From an uncultured Acidobacteriota bacterium (lineage in GTDB: Bacteria > Acidobacteriota > Vicinamibacteria > Vicinamibacterales > UBA2999): a stretch of 64,000 nt of DNA. The notes beneath the pieces are model-generated. The model did not search any database. It saw only the letters and a list, made by a program, of their open reading frames with translations, and was not told where the DNA came from. Every line of letters starts with the position of its first letter. Position 1 is the stretch's first letter. The DNA is taken from positions 2,561,147 to 2,625,146 of the forward strand of contig CAVPVV010000003.1 in NCBI GenBank assembly GCA_963709325.1. The letters are read 5' to 3'. The translations under genes and the position numbers were made by a program. This document shows, piece after piece, positions 1 through 10,297 of this stretch.

Positions 1-2072
1 GTCTCGGTGCCCGCGAACAGCACGCTCGGGTTCTTCGGGTGCTCCTTCACCACGTTGATCCAGCCAACCTTCGGCAGCGCATCGGAGAGGGTCTTCCAGG
101 TCTGGCCGAAGTCGCGGGAGACGAACAGGTAGGGTGCGAAGTCGTCGCTCTCGTGCCGTTCGACCGAGACATAGACGGTGCCCGCGTCGCGATGCGAGGG
201 CTCGACGCGGCTGACGCGTCCCCGCTTCGCCGCCAGGTTCGGAACGCGCGAACTGACGTCGGTCCAGGTCTTTCCGCCGTCGCGCGACAGCTGCACGAGC
301 CCGTCGTCGGTACCGGCCCACAACACGCCGGCCTGGACTGTTGATTCCGCGAGAGTGGTGATGGTCCCCCAGAACGACACGCCGTCGTTGTTGGCGAGCA
401 CGTCGCGCGACGGTTTCACGCCCATGATCGTCAGCTCGTCGCGGTTCTCACCGCGCGTGATGTCGGGCCCTGCCGTCCAGGTGTCTCCGCGATCAGACGA
501 ACGGAAAACGCGGCTGCCGCCGAGGTACAGCGTCTTGGAGTCATGCGGCGAAATCACGATCGGCGTCGTCCAGTTGAAGCGGTAGGCCGGTTCGCCGGCG
601 GGCGCCGCCGGCTTGATCGGTTTGCGATCGCCGGTCGGACGATGGAAACGCGAGATGGTGCCGTCCTGCGACTCCGTGTAGATGGTGTCAGGGTCGTTCG
701 GATCGACCTGCGCGTACATGCCGTCGCCGGTGTTGATCTGCACCCAGTCGTCGTTGAGGATGCCGAGAAAGTGGCGGGTCGCGGTCGGGCCGCCGAACGA
801 GTGGGTGTCCTGCAGCCCGCCATATACGTTGTAGGGCGTCGAGTTGTCCACGCTAATGCCGTAGAACTGGCCGATCGGGAAGTTGTTGACCTTGTCCCAC
901 GCGATGCCGCCATCGAACGTGAAGTACAGGCCGCCGTCGTTTCCGAGAATCAGGTGCTTCGGGTTGGCGGGATCGATCCACAGAGCGTGGTGATCTCCGT
1001 GGACGCCGACGTCGTACGTCGAGCTCATCGTGTCGTTGGCGCCGGCCCGGCCGGTAACCGGATCCGAGAACGTCCGGCCGCCGTCGGTGGACATGAAGAA
1101 CGACGCGCCGAGGATGTAGATCCGCTGGTCGGTCGTCGGGTCGATGTGAATCTTGCTGTAGTACATCGGCCGCGGGTTGACGTTGCTCATCTTGCGCCAC
1201 GTCTCACCGCCATCGTCGGAGCGGTAGGTCCCGCCCTCCTGGCGATGCTCCACGGTCGCGTAGAGCACCTTGGGGTCCCGCCGGTAGATGGCCAGCCCGA
1301 TCCGGCCGACCGTGCCCGAGGGCAGGCCGGTCGTCAGATGGGTCCAGGTGCGGCCGCCGTCGGTCGTTTTGTAGATGCCGCTGCCGGCGCCCCCGCCGTT
1401 GTAGCCCCACGCCGCGCGACGCCGCTGATAGGCCGCGGCATACAGCGTCTGCGGATTCGACGGATCCATCACCATGTCCACGAAGCCGGTGTCCTGGTCG
1501 ATGAACTTGAGGTTCGTCCAGGTGCGGCCGCCGTCAGTGGTCTTGAATACGCCGCGCTCGGCGTTCGGGCCCCACAGGTGGCCGAGCGCTGCGACATACA
1601 CCGTCTCTGGATTGGTCGGATCGATGAGCACACGCCCGATGTGCTGCGTGTCGCGCAGTCCCATGTGCATCCATGTGCGGCCGCCGTCGGTGGACTTGTA
1701 GACACCGTCGCCAAAGGTGGAGCTCTGGCGGTTGTTCGGCTCGCCGGTTCCGACCCAAACCAGGTCCGGCTGTGACGGTGTCAGCGCGACATCGCCGATC
1801 GAGGCAACGCCCTGCTTGTCGAAGAGCGGCGTCCAGGTAATCCCCTGGTTCGTCGTCTTCCAGACACCGCCGGACGCGGCCCCCACGTAGATCGTCGACG
1901 GATTGCGTTCGTCCACGGCGACGTCGTCGATACGTCCGCCCATCACGGCCGGTCCAATCGCGCGCCAGGCCAGTTGCCGGAGGCCGGCCTCGTCCAGGCG
2001 CTGCGCCGAAGGGGCGGCGGCAGCAAGCATGACCAGCAGCAGCGGCAGGGCGGAGCGTCGAATCTGGGACAT
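1..2072 (-). CDS. BNR/Asp-box repeat (sortilin/VPS10-type) secreted beta-propeller protein; partial, C-terminus lies beyond the window start
   Basis: Absent from the ORF track because it has no stop inside the window. My reverse-strand translation from the ATG (plus-strand 'cat' 2070-2072) gives the signal peptide [24 protein letters not shown]. It then shows repeated S/T-x-D-G-G-x-T-W motifs ([18 protein letters not shown] twice, [17 protein letters not shown]) and stays open down to position 3. Confidence 0.8.
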   Translation of the reverse strand, partial: MSQIRRSALPLLLVMLAAAAPSAQRLDEAGLRQLAWRAIGPAVMGGRIDDVAVDERNPSTIYVGAASGGVWKTTNQGITWTPLFDKQGVASIGDVALTPSQPDLVWVGTGEPNNRQSSTFGDGVYKSTDGGRTWMHMGLRDTQHIGRVLIDPTNPETVYVAALGHLWGPNAERGVFKTTDGGRTWTNLKFIDQDTGFVDMVMDPSNPQTLYAAAYQRRRAAWGYNGGGAGSGIYKTTDGGRTWTHLTTGLPSGTVGRIGLAIYRRDPKVLYATVEHRQEGGTYRSDDGGETWRKMSNVNPRPMYYSKIHIDPTTDQRIYILGASFFMSTDGGRTFSDPVTGRAGANDTMSSTYDVGVHGDHHALWIDPANPKHLILGNDGGLYFTFDGGIAWDKVNNFPIGQFYGISVDNSTPYNVYGGLQDTHSFGGPTATRHFLGILNDDWVQINTGDGMYAQVDPNDPDTIYTESQDGTISRFHRPTGDRKPIKPAAPAGEPAYRFNWTTPIVISPHDSKTLYLGGSRVFRSSDRGDTWTAGPDITRGENRDELTIMGVKPSRDVLANNDGVSFWGTITTLAESTVQAGVLWAGTDDGLVQLSRDGGKTWTDVSSRVPNLAAKRGRVSRVEPSHRDAGTVYVSVERHESDDFAPYLFVSRDFGQTWKTLSDALPKVGWINVVKEHPKNPSVLFAGTE

Positions 2073-2109
2073 GGGCGCAGTGTATTCTGAGGGGCACGAG
2101 ATTGATCCC

Positions 2110-3588
2110 ATGGCTCACGAGACACACCTTCTGAACTACGTCGGCGGCACCTGGCAGCGGTCACACGCGCGCGACCACCTGCACGTCACCAATCCTGCTA
2201 CCGGCGTCGCGCTCGCCGAAGTTCCGCTGTCGCCGGCGGAGGAAGTGGACGCGGCGGTGTCCGCGGCCGCCGCGGCGTGGCCGGCATGGCGACGGGTGCC
2301 GGTCACGGAGCGGATCCAGTACCTGTTCAAGCTCAAGCAGAAGCTGGAAGAGGCATTGCCGGGGCTGGCGCGGACCATCACCGAGGAATGCGGCAAGACG
2401 CTGGCCGAAGCCGAGGGCGAGATGCGCCGCGGCATCGAGAACGTCGAAGTGGCCACCGCTGCGCCGACGACGATGATGGGGCTGATCAGCGAGGACATCG
2501 CCGCGGGCGTGGACGAGCTGATGATCCGGCAGCCGATTGGTGTGGTCGCGATCATCACGCCGTTCAACTTCCCCGGCATGATCCCGCTGTGGTTCCTGCC
2601 GTACGCGCTCGCGACGGGCAACACCGTGATCCTGAAGCCGTCGGAGAAGACGCCGCGGACGATGGCCGCAGTGATGCCGATTCTGGATGACGTGAAGCTG
2701 CCGAAGGGCGTCGTGAACATGATTCACGGCGGCCGCGAGACGGTGGAGGCGATTTGCGATCACCCGGGGATCAAAGCGGTGTCGCTCGTCGGCTCGACTG
2801 CGGCCGCGAAAGCCGTCTACGCGCGGGCCACCGCGAACGGCAAGCGCGCCCAGTGCCAGGGCGGCGCAAAGAACCCGATCATCATCCTGCCCGACGCCGA
2901 CATGGATATGACGACGCGGATTGCCGCCGACTCGGCCTTCGGCTGCGCCGGCCAGCGGTGCCTGGCGGCGTCGGTGGCGATCACCGTCGGCGAAGCGAAG
3001 GATCACTTCATTCCCCGGATCGCCGAGGCAGCGGTCGCTCGGAAGGTCGGCAACGGACTCGAGCCGGGCATCGAGATGGGCCCGGTGATCAGCCTTGAGA
3101 GCCGCACGCGCATCAGCGGTCTCATCGACGAGGGCCTCCGCGAAGGCGCGCGCGCGATCGTAGATGGACGGCAGACGAAGATCAGCGGCGGCGAGAACGG
3201 CTTCTTCGTCGCGCCGACGGTCCTCGAAGGCGTGCAACCCGGCTCGCACCTGGCCCGCACCGAGGTATTCGGACCGGTGCTGAGCGTAATGCCGATGGCG
3301 ACCGTGGACGAGGCGATTGCCTACGTGAACAGCCAGGCCTACGGCAACATGGCGTGCGTATTTACCCAGAGCGGCAACGCCGCGCGGCGGTTCCGCTACG
3401 AGGCTGAAGTCGGCAACGTCGGCATCAACGTCGGCGTGGCCGCGCCGATGGCCTTCTTCCCGTTCTCCGGCTGGAAGGAAAGCTTTTTCGGCGACCTGCA
3501 TGCGCAAGGGTCCGACGCGATCGACTTCTACACCCATAAGAAGGTGGTGGTCGAGCGCTGGCCCGCGGAGTGGACTCGCAAGTTTTGA
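2110..3588 (+). CDS. mmsA: Methylmalonate-semialdehyde dehydrogenase (CoA-acylating), ALDH superfamily
   Basis: Same frame as ORF 1903..3588. The internal ATG at 2110 gives [15 protein letters not shown], a typical N-terminus. Catalytic Cys context is [10 protein letters not shown], and the C-terminal [15 protein letters not shown] is typical of the MMSDH subgroup. Confidence 0.85.
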   Translation: MAHETHLLNYVGGTWQRSHARDHLHVTNPATGVALAEVPLSPAEEVDAAVSAAAAAWPAWRRVPVTERIQYLFKLKQKLEEALPGLARTITEECGKTLAEAEGEMRRGIENVEVATAAPTTMMGLISEDIAAGVDELMIRQPIGVVAIITPFNFPGMIPLWFLPYALATGNTVILKPSEKTPRTMAAVMPILDDVKLPKGVVNMIHGGRETVEAICDHPGIKAVSLVGSTAAAKAVYARATANGKRAQCQGGAKNPIIILPDADMDMTTRIAADSAFGCAGQRCLAASVAITVGEAKDHFIPRIAEAAVARKVGNGLEPGIEMGPVISLESRTRISGLIDEGLREGARAIVDGRQTKISGGENGFFVAPTVLEGVQPGSHLARTEVFGPVLSVMPMATVDEAIAYVNSQAYGNMACVFTQSGNAARRFRYEAEVGNVGINVGVAAPMAFFPFSGWKESFFGDLHAQGSDAIDFYTHKKVVVERWPAEWTRKF

Positions 3589-3595
3589 GGCGTGT

Positions 3596-3839
3596 CCATT
3601 GCCGATTGAGGATTGACGATTGACGATCTACTGACGATTAGGTGATCGGCGGATTGTGCGATTCGATTGACGATTGCGATATTGATCCAAATCGCCCATT
3701 GATCCAATGGACGATTCTGTCAATCGCCATTGAGGCAATGCGTCATTGAGCCAATGCGCCTATCACCAATTGAATGGCGCAATCCTCAAATCGTGAATCG
3801 TCAATGAATCGTCAATCGCCAATCCTCATTCGTCATTGG
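3596..3839. repeat. Imperfect ~240-bp palindrome built from heptamer-periodic CGATTGN (left arm) / NCAATCG (right arm) units; family copy 1
   Basis: Left-arm gaggattgacgattgacgat is nearly the reverse complement of right-arm atcgtcaatcgccaatcctc. The termini (CCAATGACGAATGAGGATTGGCGATTGACG...) are about 80% identical, by eye, to those of the element at 38827-39191. It lies between the convergent stops of mmsA and the DUF3037 gene, and supplies the last codons (..SNDE*) of the latter. Confidence 0.8.
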
Positions 3840-4236
3840 ACGCAGCGCGTCCGCGCCGCACCACACGTTCCATCAAGTGCTCCAGGCAGGCGGCAGGATC
3901 GGTTGTGCGCCCGGTGTGCACCTCGGAGGGCTGGATGATGGTGCTGCGCGGGGCGACGAGCCAGCGGAACCGGCCGCGCAAGGGAAGGGCGCCGATTGGG
4001 CCGGCCTCCGGCCCACCCTTGCAGACCACGGGAATCACGGCCAGGTTGCTGCGGACCGCATCCATGTCCACCGCGGGATCGATGGCGCGGATCAGCGCCT
4101 CGTCCACCTCGATGCGAGCGTCGAGGAAATCGCTGTCGGCGCAGGACAGGATGACGCCGACGTTGATCCGTTCGCCGCGATCGACTCGAGGCACGACCCG
4201 CACGATCGCGTAGTCGTAGGTGTATTCAGCGGACAC
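3826..4236 (-). CDS. DUF3037 domain protein
   Basis: 136-aa ORF. The N-terminus YDYAIVRVVPRVDRGERINVGVILSC matches my recollection of the DUF3037 signature. It overlaps the upstream HipA-like gene by 11 nt. Confidence 0.65.
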   Translation of the reverse strand: MSAEYTYDYAIVRVVPRVDRGERINVGVILSCADSDFLDARIEVDEALIRAIDPAVDMDAVRSNLAVIPVVCKGGPEAGPIGALPLRGRFRWLVAPRSTIIQPSEVHTGRTTDPAACLEHLMERVVRRGRAASNDE

Positions 4237-5002
4237 GCGCCGCCTCCTCCACGAACTCGCGCGGCGGTTCCAGCCGCTCGCGCAGATAGCGCCGGTAGCC
4301 GTCCCGGGCCTGGTCGGCGGTCAGCCCGGCGGCGGCATCCTCGAGCCACTCTCCCGGCACCGCCTCGAGAATCGCGTCGACCACGTCCGGCGTCAGCGTC
4401 GCGGTCATCTTTTCGTCCACGTCGCGCAGGTGACGAGCGCGGCGGAGCAGCACGTGATCCTTGATCGCCGCAAACCGGCTGCGGGCGCGAGCGTTGACCG
4501 GCCACTCGGGCGCGTGATGGACGTAGAGTGTGCTGCCGTGGTCGATCAGCCACGGCTTGCGATGCCACATCAGCATGTTCGTATTGCGCGCGGTTCGATC
4601 CACGTTGCTGACGAGCGCGTCGAACCAGACCACCTTCGAGGCGAAGTCTTCGGCGACGGCATGGACCACGGGATCGAACGTCACCGAGCCGGGCAGGTAA
4701 TCGAGCGCCATGTTGAGACCGGCGCTGTCGTGGATGAGTGCGTGGATCTCCGGGTCCGGTTCGGTTCGCGAGAGGTCGCGATCGAGCGTCGCCAGCACGA
4801 TCTCCGGCACCGGCAGGTCGAGCGCGCGTGCGATTTCGCCGGCAATCACCTCGGCAACCAGCGCCTTCGCACCGTGCCCGGCGGCCCTGAACTTCAGCAC
4901 GTACATGCCCTCGTCGTCGGCTTCGACGATGGCCGGGAGCGAACCGCCTTCGCGGAGCGGCGTGACGTAGCGAGTGACGGCAATCGTCCGCAGAACCGGC
5001 AC
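4226..5002 (-). CDS. HipA-like (HipA_2-type) Ser/Thr kinase family protein
   Basis: 258-aa ORF. It has a kinase catalytic-loop-like VSNVDRTARNTNMLMW and a downstream LIDHGS motif. This family is the usual partner of DUF3037 genes. Confidence 0.6.
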   Translation of the reverse strand: MPVLRTIAVTRYVTPLREGGSLPAIVEADDEGMYVLKFRAAGHGAKALVAEVIAGEIARALDLPVPEIVLATLDRDLSRTEPDPEIHALIHDSAGLNMALDYLPGSVTFDPVVHAVAEDFASKVVWFDALVSNVDRTARNTNMLMWHRKPWLIDHGSTLYVHHAPEWPVNARARSRFAAIKDHVLLRRARHLRDVDEKMTATLTPDVVDAILEAVPGEWLEDAAAGLTADQARDGYRRYLRERLEPPREFVEEAARVR

Positions 5003-5031
5003 TACGGTATTGTCACCGATTCACTTGCGCC

Positions 5032-6489
5032 TCAGTACAACTTGGTTGAGCGTGCGATACGGCCGTTGACTCGGATCCACCGGACGTTGCCGCCGATCGC
5101 GCGGATGAACTCGAACGGCATGCCGATGTACGACCCGACGACCGCGTAGGCAATGTCCCGACCGTAGAAGGTGATGCCGACCTCAGGCTGGTTTGCCGCG
5201 GTCGTCACGGCCAGGCCATCGCCGCGCCGGCGCACGTCAATGGTGCCAACCGGCGGGCGCTCGTACCGGCCCTCGTATTCGGCCAAGGGGGGCTGCGCGG
5301 GCAGCGGCGTCGCGTGGAAGGTCATCGCCTCGTTCACGCCGCGATGGCCGATTGCCTGGCGAGGAGCGAGCGACGCGCCGGCACAGCGTTGAAGCAGGGC
5401 GGCTTCCACCTCCTGCACCAGCCGCCAGCCGTCCTGATGATTCGTGAGCACGGCAAACGCGAGGTTCCGCGCCGGAACGAGCTCGAGCAGCAGGCAATGG
5501 CCGTTCAGCGTTCCGCCATGCGCGAACGTCATCACATCGCCGACGGGCCTGAGGTGCCACCCCACGCCCATCTCGTCGCCGGTGCCGTTCTTCCGCAATT
5601 GCGCCGTCTGCATGGTCTCGAGCCGGGCGCGCGAGACATACGCCGCACCACCCGGCGACCGGCCATCGCCGAGATGAAAGCGCGCGTAGCGCATCAAGTC
5701 AGACAGCGAGGTCATCACGCCGCCGGCGGTCGTACTCGACGTCGTCTGGAACGGGCGAATGACTTCCGTTCGGCCTTCGCGATCCCTGTGGCCGAGCGAC
5801 ATCCGCCACGTCATGGCGTCGGTCAACCGTGTGAACGTCCGCGACAGCCCGAGCGGCGTGAACACGAGATCCTTGAGCGCGTCATGGATCGACCGTCCGG
5901 TCACGACCTCGATGATTCGCCCCGTCAGTGCGAAGCCGGCGTTGTTGTAGCTCCACACTTCGCCGGGATCGGCGAGCTTCGGCAGCGTCGGCATGATGGT
6001 GGACACGAACTGCGACAGCGCGTCGACGCCGCGATCTTCGGTGCCAAGCTGACCCTCCCAGCCAGGCGTGTGGGTCAGGAGATGCCAGGGCGTCACGGTC
6101 TGGCTCACCACGTCGTCGCGGACGCGGAAGTCGGGCAGCCACGTCCGGACCGGTGATCGCAGGTCGAGCCGGCCTTCCTCGACCAGCTTCATCACCGCCG
6201 TCGCCGTCATCGTCTTGGAGATGGAGGCGATGGTGAACAGCGTGTCTTCCGTGACCGGTTGCGGATCGTCGAGTCGTGTGACGCCAAATCCGCGCAGGTG
6301 CAGCTGATCTCCCTCGAGCAGGCCGAGCGCGACGCCCGGCACGTGGTGGTCGGCCATGCGCTTCTGGACCAGCGCGGCGATCTCGTCGAAGCGTGAATCG
6401 GAGCCGGAAGTCTGGCCCCGCGCGCCGGCTCGCGTGGAGGCAAGCACGGCGGCCGTGGTCGACAGCTGAAGGAAGTCGCGGCGACGCAT
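5032..6489 (-). CDS. Serine hydrolase, beta-lactamase/transpeptidase-like (class C / EstB-like), exported
   Basis: 485-aa ORF with a Tat-like N-terminus MRRRDFLQLSTTAAVLAS. Motifs present: SxxK (SISKTM) and YxN (YNNAG). Confidence 0.8.
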   Translation of the reverse strand: MRRRDFLQLSTTAAVLASTRAGARGQTSGSDSRFDEIAALVQKRMADHHVPGVALGLLEGDQLHLRGFGVTRLDDPQPVTEDTLFTIASISKTMTATAVMKLVEEGRLDLRSPVRTWLPDFRVRDDVVSQTVTPWHLLTHTPGWEGQLGTEDRGVDALSQFVSTIMPTLPKLADPGEVWSYNNAGFALTGRIIEVVTGRSIHDALKDLVFTPLGLSRTFTRLTDAMTWRMSLGHRDREGRTEVIRPFQTTSSTTAGGVMTSLSDLMRYARFHLGDGRSPGGAAYVSRARLETMQTAQLRKNGTGDEMGVGWHLRPVGDVMTFAHGGTLNGHCLLLELVPARNLAFAVLTNHQDGWRLVQEVEAALLQRCAGASLAPRQAIGHRGVNEAMTFHATPLPAQPPLAEYEGRYERPPVGTIDVRRRGDGLAVTTAANQPEVGITFYGRDIAYAVVGSYIGMPFEFIRAIGGNVRWIRVNGRIARSTKLY

Positions 6490-7857
6490 GTGTCACAGTT
6501 TACGGTTCCAGGCGCCGACTCGCGATGTGCTACCTTCGTCGCGCCGTTGATGCTGAACCGCCTGCTGGCCAGGATCGGGCTCGTCACGCCCGAACAGCGA
6601 GCCTGGGCCTGGTACGACTGGGCCAATTCCACCTACTTCACCACCGTGATCACGGCGGTGTTCCCGAGCTTCTTCGCCACCTACGCCGCGGCGGGGCTCG
6701 CTCCGGCCGCCGCCACCGCCCGTTACGGCTTGATCACGACGATCTCGATCGCCTTTGTCGCGATCACCGCGCCGGTCCTGGGCGCGCTGGCCGACTACAG
6801 CGGCATCAAGAAGCGGCTGCTCGGCCTGTTCATGGTTGTCGGAGTCATCAGCTGCGCGGCGATGGTATTCATCGGCAAGGGCGACGTCGGACTGGCGTCC
6901 GCGCTCTTCTTCGTCGGCAACATCGGGGTGTCGGGGTCGTTGGTCTTCTACGACTCGCTGCTGCCGCACGTCGCCGCGCCCGAGGAGACCGACCGTGTCT
7001 CCGCGGCCGGCTACGCGATCGGGTACGTCGGCGGCGGCACACTGCTGCTCGTCAACCTCGCCTGGATCCTGCAACCGCAGTGGTTTGGTTTCGGATCGAC
7101 GACCGCGGCTGTCAAAGCGTCGTTCTTCTCGGTCGCCGTCTGGTGGGCCGTGTTCTCCATTCCGCTCTTCCGCGGCGTGCCCGAGCCGCCCAGCCCACAC
7201 GATCCGGACGATGTGCGGCAGGGATCGGCGATCACGGCGGCGTTCGTGCGCCTCGGGCACACGTTCCGGGAGATGCGGCGCTACCGGCAGGCGTTCATCT
7301 TCTTCCTGTCGATGCTCCTCTACCAGGACGGGATCCAGACGATCATCCGGATGGCCGCGGTCTACGGCGCGGAGATCGGCATCGACCAGACCGCGCAGAT
7401 TGCGGCGTTCGTCATGGTCCAGTTCGTCGGAATCCCGTTCTCGTTCCTGTTCGGGTCGCTCGGCACGAGGATCGGAACCAAGCGCGCCATCTTCATCGCG
7501 ATTTCCGTCTACGCGCTCGCGACCGTGCTCGGGTATTTCATGAGCACGGTGACGCACTTCTTCGTGCTGGCCGGGCTGGTCGCGACGGTTCAAGGCGGCG
7601 CGCAGGCCCTCAGCCGGGCGCTGTTCTCGCGGATGATTCCGGCCAACAAGACGTCGGAGTTCTTCGGGTTCTTCGCGGTCGCCGAGCGCTTTGCGACGGT
7701 GCTCGGCCCGCTGGTCTTCACTGTGAGCGTAGCGGTCACAGGGTCCAGCCGCTCTGCGGTTCTCGTGATCCTGCTGTTCTTCGTCGCCGGCGCCTGGCTT
7801 CTCAGCCTTGTCGATGAAGAAGAGGGCGTGCGCGCGGCCTTCAAAGCACTACCGTAA
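6490..7857 (+). CDS. MFS transporter, UMF1/Atg22-like family
   Basis: 455-aa polytopic ORF with WAWYDWANSTYFTTVITAVFPSFF near the N-terminus. The true start may be the ATG at 6549 (MLNRLLARIG). Confidence 0.75.
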   Translation: MSQFTVPGADSRCATFVAPLMLNRLLARIGLVTPEQRAWAWYDWANSTYFTTVITAVFPSFFATYAAAGLAPAAATARYGLITTISIAFVAITAPVLGALADYSGIKKRLLGLFMVVGVISCAAMVFIGKGDVGLASALFFVGNIGVSGSLVFYDSLLPHVAAPEETDRVSAAGYAIGYVGGGTLLLVNLAWILQPQWFGFGSTTAAVKASFFSVAVWWAVFSIPLFRGVPEPPSPHDPDDVRQGSAITAAFVRLGHTFREMRRYRQAFIFFLSMLLYQDGIQTIIRMAAVYGAEIGIDQTAQIAAFVMVQFVGIPFSFLFGSLGTRIGTKRAIFIAISVYALATVLGYFMSTVTHFFVLAGLVATVQGGAQALSRALFSRMIPANKTSEFFGFFAVAERFATVLGPLVFTVSVAVTGSSRSAVLVILLFFVAGAWLLSLVDEEEGVRAAFKALP

Positions 7858-10291
7858 ACAGCTGCAGCGCCGCCCAGTAATACGGCTTCGGGTAGCCGTT
7901 CGCAATGAGGGCGCGCTTGGCCTCGCGCAAGGCCACCGCCGGTGGCGCTCCCGCAGCCAGCCGCGCATACAGATCGTTCATCAGCGCGGCCGTGGATCGG
8001 TCGTCCACGTCCCACAGGCCGGCCACGACGCGACGAGAACCGGCCCGCAGGAACGCCCAGGCGAAGCCAATCAGCCCTTCGCCAGCGTAGGCACGCTCGC
8101 CGGCGCTGCGGCAGGCCGACACCGTGACGAGATCCGCCCTCAGCGGCAACGCCGCCACCTCGCGCGCGTAGAGTTTGAAGCCGTGATCCGGCCCAGACAG
8201 AATCACTGCAGAGTCCAGCGGGCTTTCGAGATTCGCGACCGCGTGCGAGGTGAAATGAATCATCGAGAATCCTTCCGGCTTCGCGGCCCTGAACCCCGCA
8301 GGCGACGCCTTCTCGCCGGCGATCACGGTTACCGAGGCCGGAGGAAAGTGCGAGCGCACGGCGTCCATTTCGGCAGGCGCATAGCTGAGCGCCGGGAACT
8401 CGGGCGGACGGGGCGCGGCGTTGCCGACAAGCAGAAGCGACGGCGGCGGGACCGGCCGGCTGCCGGCCTCGAGCATCGCCAGCGACGGTGCGATCTGAAC
8501 CGTCACGTCGTCGATCCAGTAATGACGCGGCGCGCCGGGCACCGGGATCGTTTCGAAGTTCAGGCGATGGAGCGCTCCGTCGGGAACGATGACCACCGAG
8601 GCGGTAGACGCGATGGCGGCGGAAATGGGCTCGACCAGCGTTGAATACAGCCGATCGCCGGGTCGATTCGCCGCCGATAGCGGGTCGACGAGCGCGTTCT
8701 GGATCGCCGCCTGGTGCTCGGTGACGAGCGGCGCGATGTCGTTCGATCCCGCGAGGGGCACCGCGCGGATCTCCCGCCCGGTGACCGTCCACACCCACGA
8801 CCGCTCGGCGCCGAGCGCGTAGAACACCATCGCCGTGTTCGTGCGTCCGGCAAGGCGCTTCAGGGCGGCGGCCGAGGCGTGTACTGCCGGTGCTGCCACT
8901 CCCTGGCGCTCGGCCAGAACTCGAGCCCGACTGGCGTCGGCGACCTCGAGCGCGCGTTCGACCTGGCCCTGCGAGAGCAGCAGCTCGGTATAGCCGCGAT
9001 AGAACGCGACGAGCCGCGACGTGAAAGAGATCCGGTCGTCGGCGCGAAGGAGCGACGATCGCGTCTGCTCGACGATGACCAGCGCTGCTTCGAATTGACG
9101 CGCGGCCTCGGCCGGCTGCCCGCTCGCGGTGGCCAGGCGGGCGAGCCCCTCGCAGGCCATCCATCGAACTCCGGGCGTGGCCTTCGGGTCCGAGACCGCC
9201 TGTCGGAACAGGCGGGCCGCGTCTTCGCCGTGACCACGTCCCGCCGCAATCCTGCCGTCGGTGACGAGCGCATACGGCGACGGGCCGCCGCTGGACGACT
9301 GTGCGAGCCGCGCCGCCTCCTGGTTGTAATGCGCCGCATCGTCCCACTGCTCCATCGCCACGTAGGCGGCCGCCAGGTTGCGCGCGAACAGCGCGGCGTC
9401 GCTCGCCAGGCCCGCGTCAGCGGCAATGCCGAAAGCGCGGCGTAGGTACTCCACGCTTTGCGCGTAGTCCTCGCGCAGCAGATACGTGCTTCCCAATTCC
9501 CCAAGGGCCTGCGCCAGGCTCTGTTTGCGTCCCGATTCCTGACTCGCGACCGCGCGTTGTTGCAAGGCAATCGCCTGGTCGAACTGACCGAGACGCGCGT
9601 GGCAGAGGCCGGCGTTGTTGAACGCCTGGGCCTGGACGGTAGTCCCCTCGAGCTCCGGGTTCTCGACGATACGCTCGAAGTGCGGGAGCGCTTCGTCATA
9701 GCGGCCGCGCGTGACGAGCCCCATGCCGCTCGCTATGGACACCTGGGCGAGGCGATACGGGTCGCCCTCTGCAGACACGCGCTTGAGCGTTGCGCCAAGA
9801 AGCGTGTCGGCTTGGACCGCGCGGCCGGTTCGATAAAGAACCTGGCTTTCGAGCAGCTCGAGGTCGGCGAGAAGCGCCGGATCAGCATCGGCAAGTGGTT
9901 TCGCAGCAGCAATCAGGGCTGGCGCCTCGTCGAGCTGCCCTTGCGCGACCTTTGAACGGGCCTGGAGTTGCAGCTGGCGCCCGCGAACGGGGTTGAGCCC
10001 GGACCGCTGGGGAACCGTGTCATCGAGCCAGCGCCTGGCCGCGGCGAGGTTGCCGCGACTGAGCTCGGCGTCGGCAACCAGCAGCCTGAATCGCCAAGTT
10101 CGGAGCTCATCGCCGGCCCGTTCGGCTCGCGCCGCGCCGTCCGCGGCAGCCTCGAGCGCACCGTCGATCCTGCCGCGCCGCATCTGCTCCTGTGCGGACG
10201 CGTAATCGCGATCGAGAGCAGACGGCGAGGACCCGCACGCGATCGACAGGATCGCCGCGACCGCCGCCAGCGCGACGCATCGACCGCCCAC
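7841..10291 (-). CDS. TPR-repeat + CHAT-domain (caspase-fold) protease, with N-terminal signal/lipoprotein-like peptide
   Basis: 816-aa ORF. N-terminus is MGGRCVALAAVAAILSIACGSS. It has a long alpha-helical TPR-like region and a C-terminal CHAT domain with His (IHFTSHAV) and Cys (LVTVSACRSA) dyad contexts. Confidence 0.85.
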   Translation of the reverse strand: MGGRCVALAAVAAILSIACGSSPSALDRDYASAQEQMRRGRIDGALEAAADGAARAERAGDELRTWRFRLLVADAELSRGNLAAARRWLDDTVPQRSGLNPVRGRQLQLQARSKVAQGQLDEAPALIAAAKPLADADPALLADLELLESQVLYRTGRAVQADTLLGATLKRVSAEGDPYRLAQVSIASGMGLVTRGRYDEALPHFERIVENPELEGTTVQAQAFNNAGLCHARLGQFDQAIALQQRAVASQESGRKQSLAQALGELGSTYLLREDYAQSVEYLRRAFGIAADAGLASDAALFARNLAAAYVAMEQWDDAAHYNQEAARLAQSSSGGPSPYALVTDGRIAAGRGHGEDAARLFRQAVSDPKATPGVRWMACEGLARLATASGQPAEAARQFEAALVIVEQTRSSLLRADDRISFTSRLVAFYRGYTELLLSQGQVERALEVADASRARVLAERQGVAAPAVHASAAALKRLAGRTNTAMVFYALGAERSWVWTVTGREIRAVPLAGSNDIAPLVTEHQAAIQNALVDPLSAANRPGDRLYSTLVEPISAAIASTASVVIVPDGALHRLNFETIPVPGAPRHYWIDDVTVQIAPSLAMLEAGSRPVPPPSLLLVGNAAPRPPEFPALSYAPAEMDAVRSHFPPASVTVIAGEKASPAGFRAAKPEGFSMIHFTSHAVANLESPLDSAVILSGPDHGFKLYAREVAALPLRADLVTVSACRSAGERAYAGEGLIGFAWAFLRAGSRRVVAGLWDVDDRSTAALMNDLYARLAAGAPPAVALREAKRALIANGYPKPYYWAALQLFTVVL

Positions 10292-10297
10292 GGCACG

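Noticed and set aside
543-1775. 410-aa plus-strand ORF (and the smaller ORFs around it)
   Set aside because: It is antisense to a gene with repeated SxDGGxTW Asp-box motifs. Its translation is low-complexity (R/V/A/G-rich) with no recognisable motif, typical of a high-GC shadow ORF.
2161-3537. 458-aa minus-strand ORF
   Set aside because: Antisense shadow of the clearly recognisable mmsA gene.
6393-9347. 474-aa plus ORF (6393..7817), 366-aa minus ORF (6493..7593) and 585-aa minus ORF (7590..9347)
   Set aside because: These are alternative-frame or antisense overlaps of the MFS transporter and TPR-CHAT genes. Their translations are Arg/Pro/Gly-rich with no motifs.
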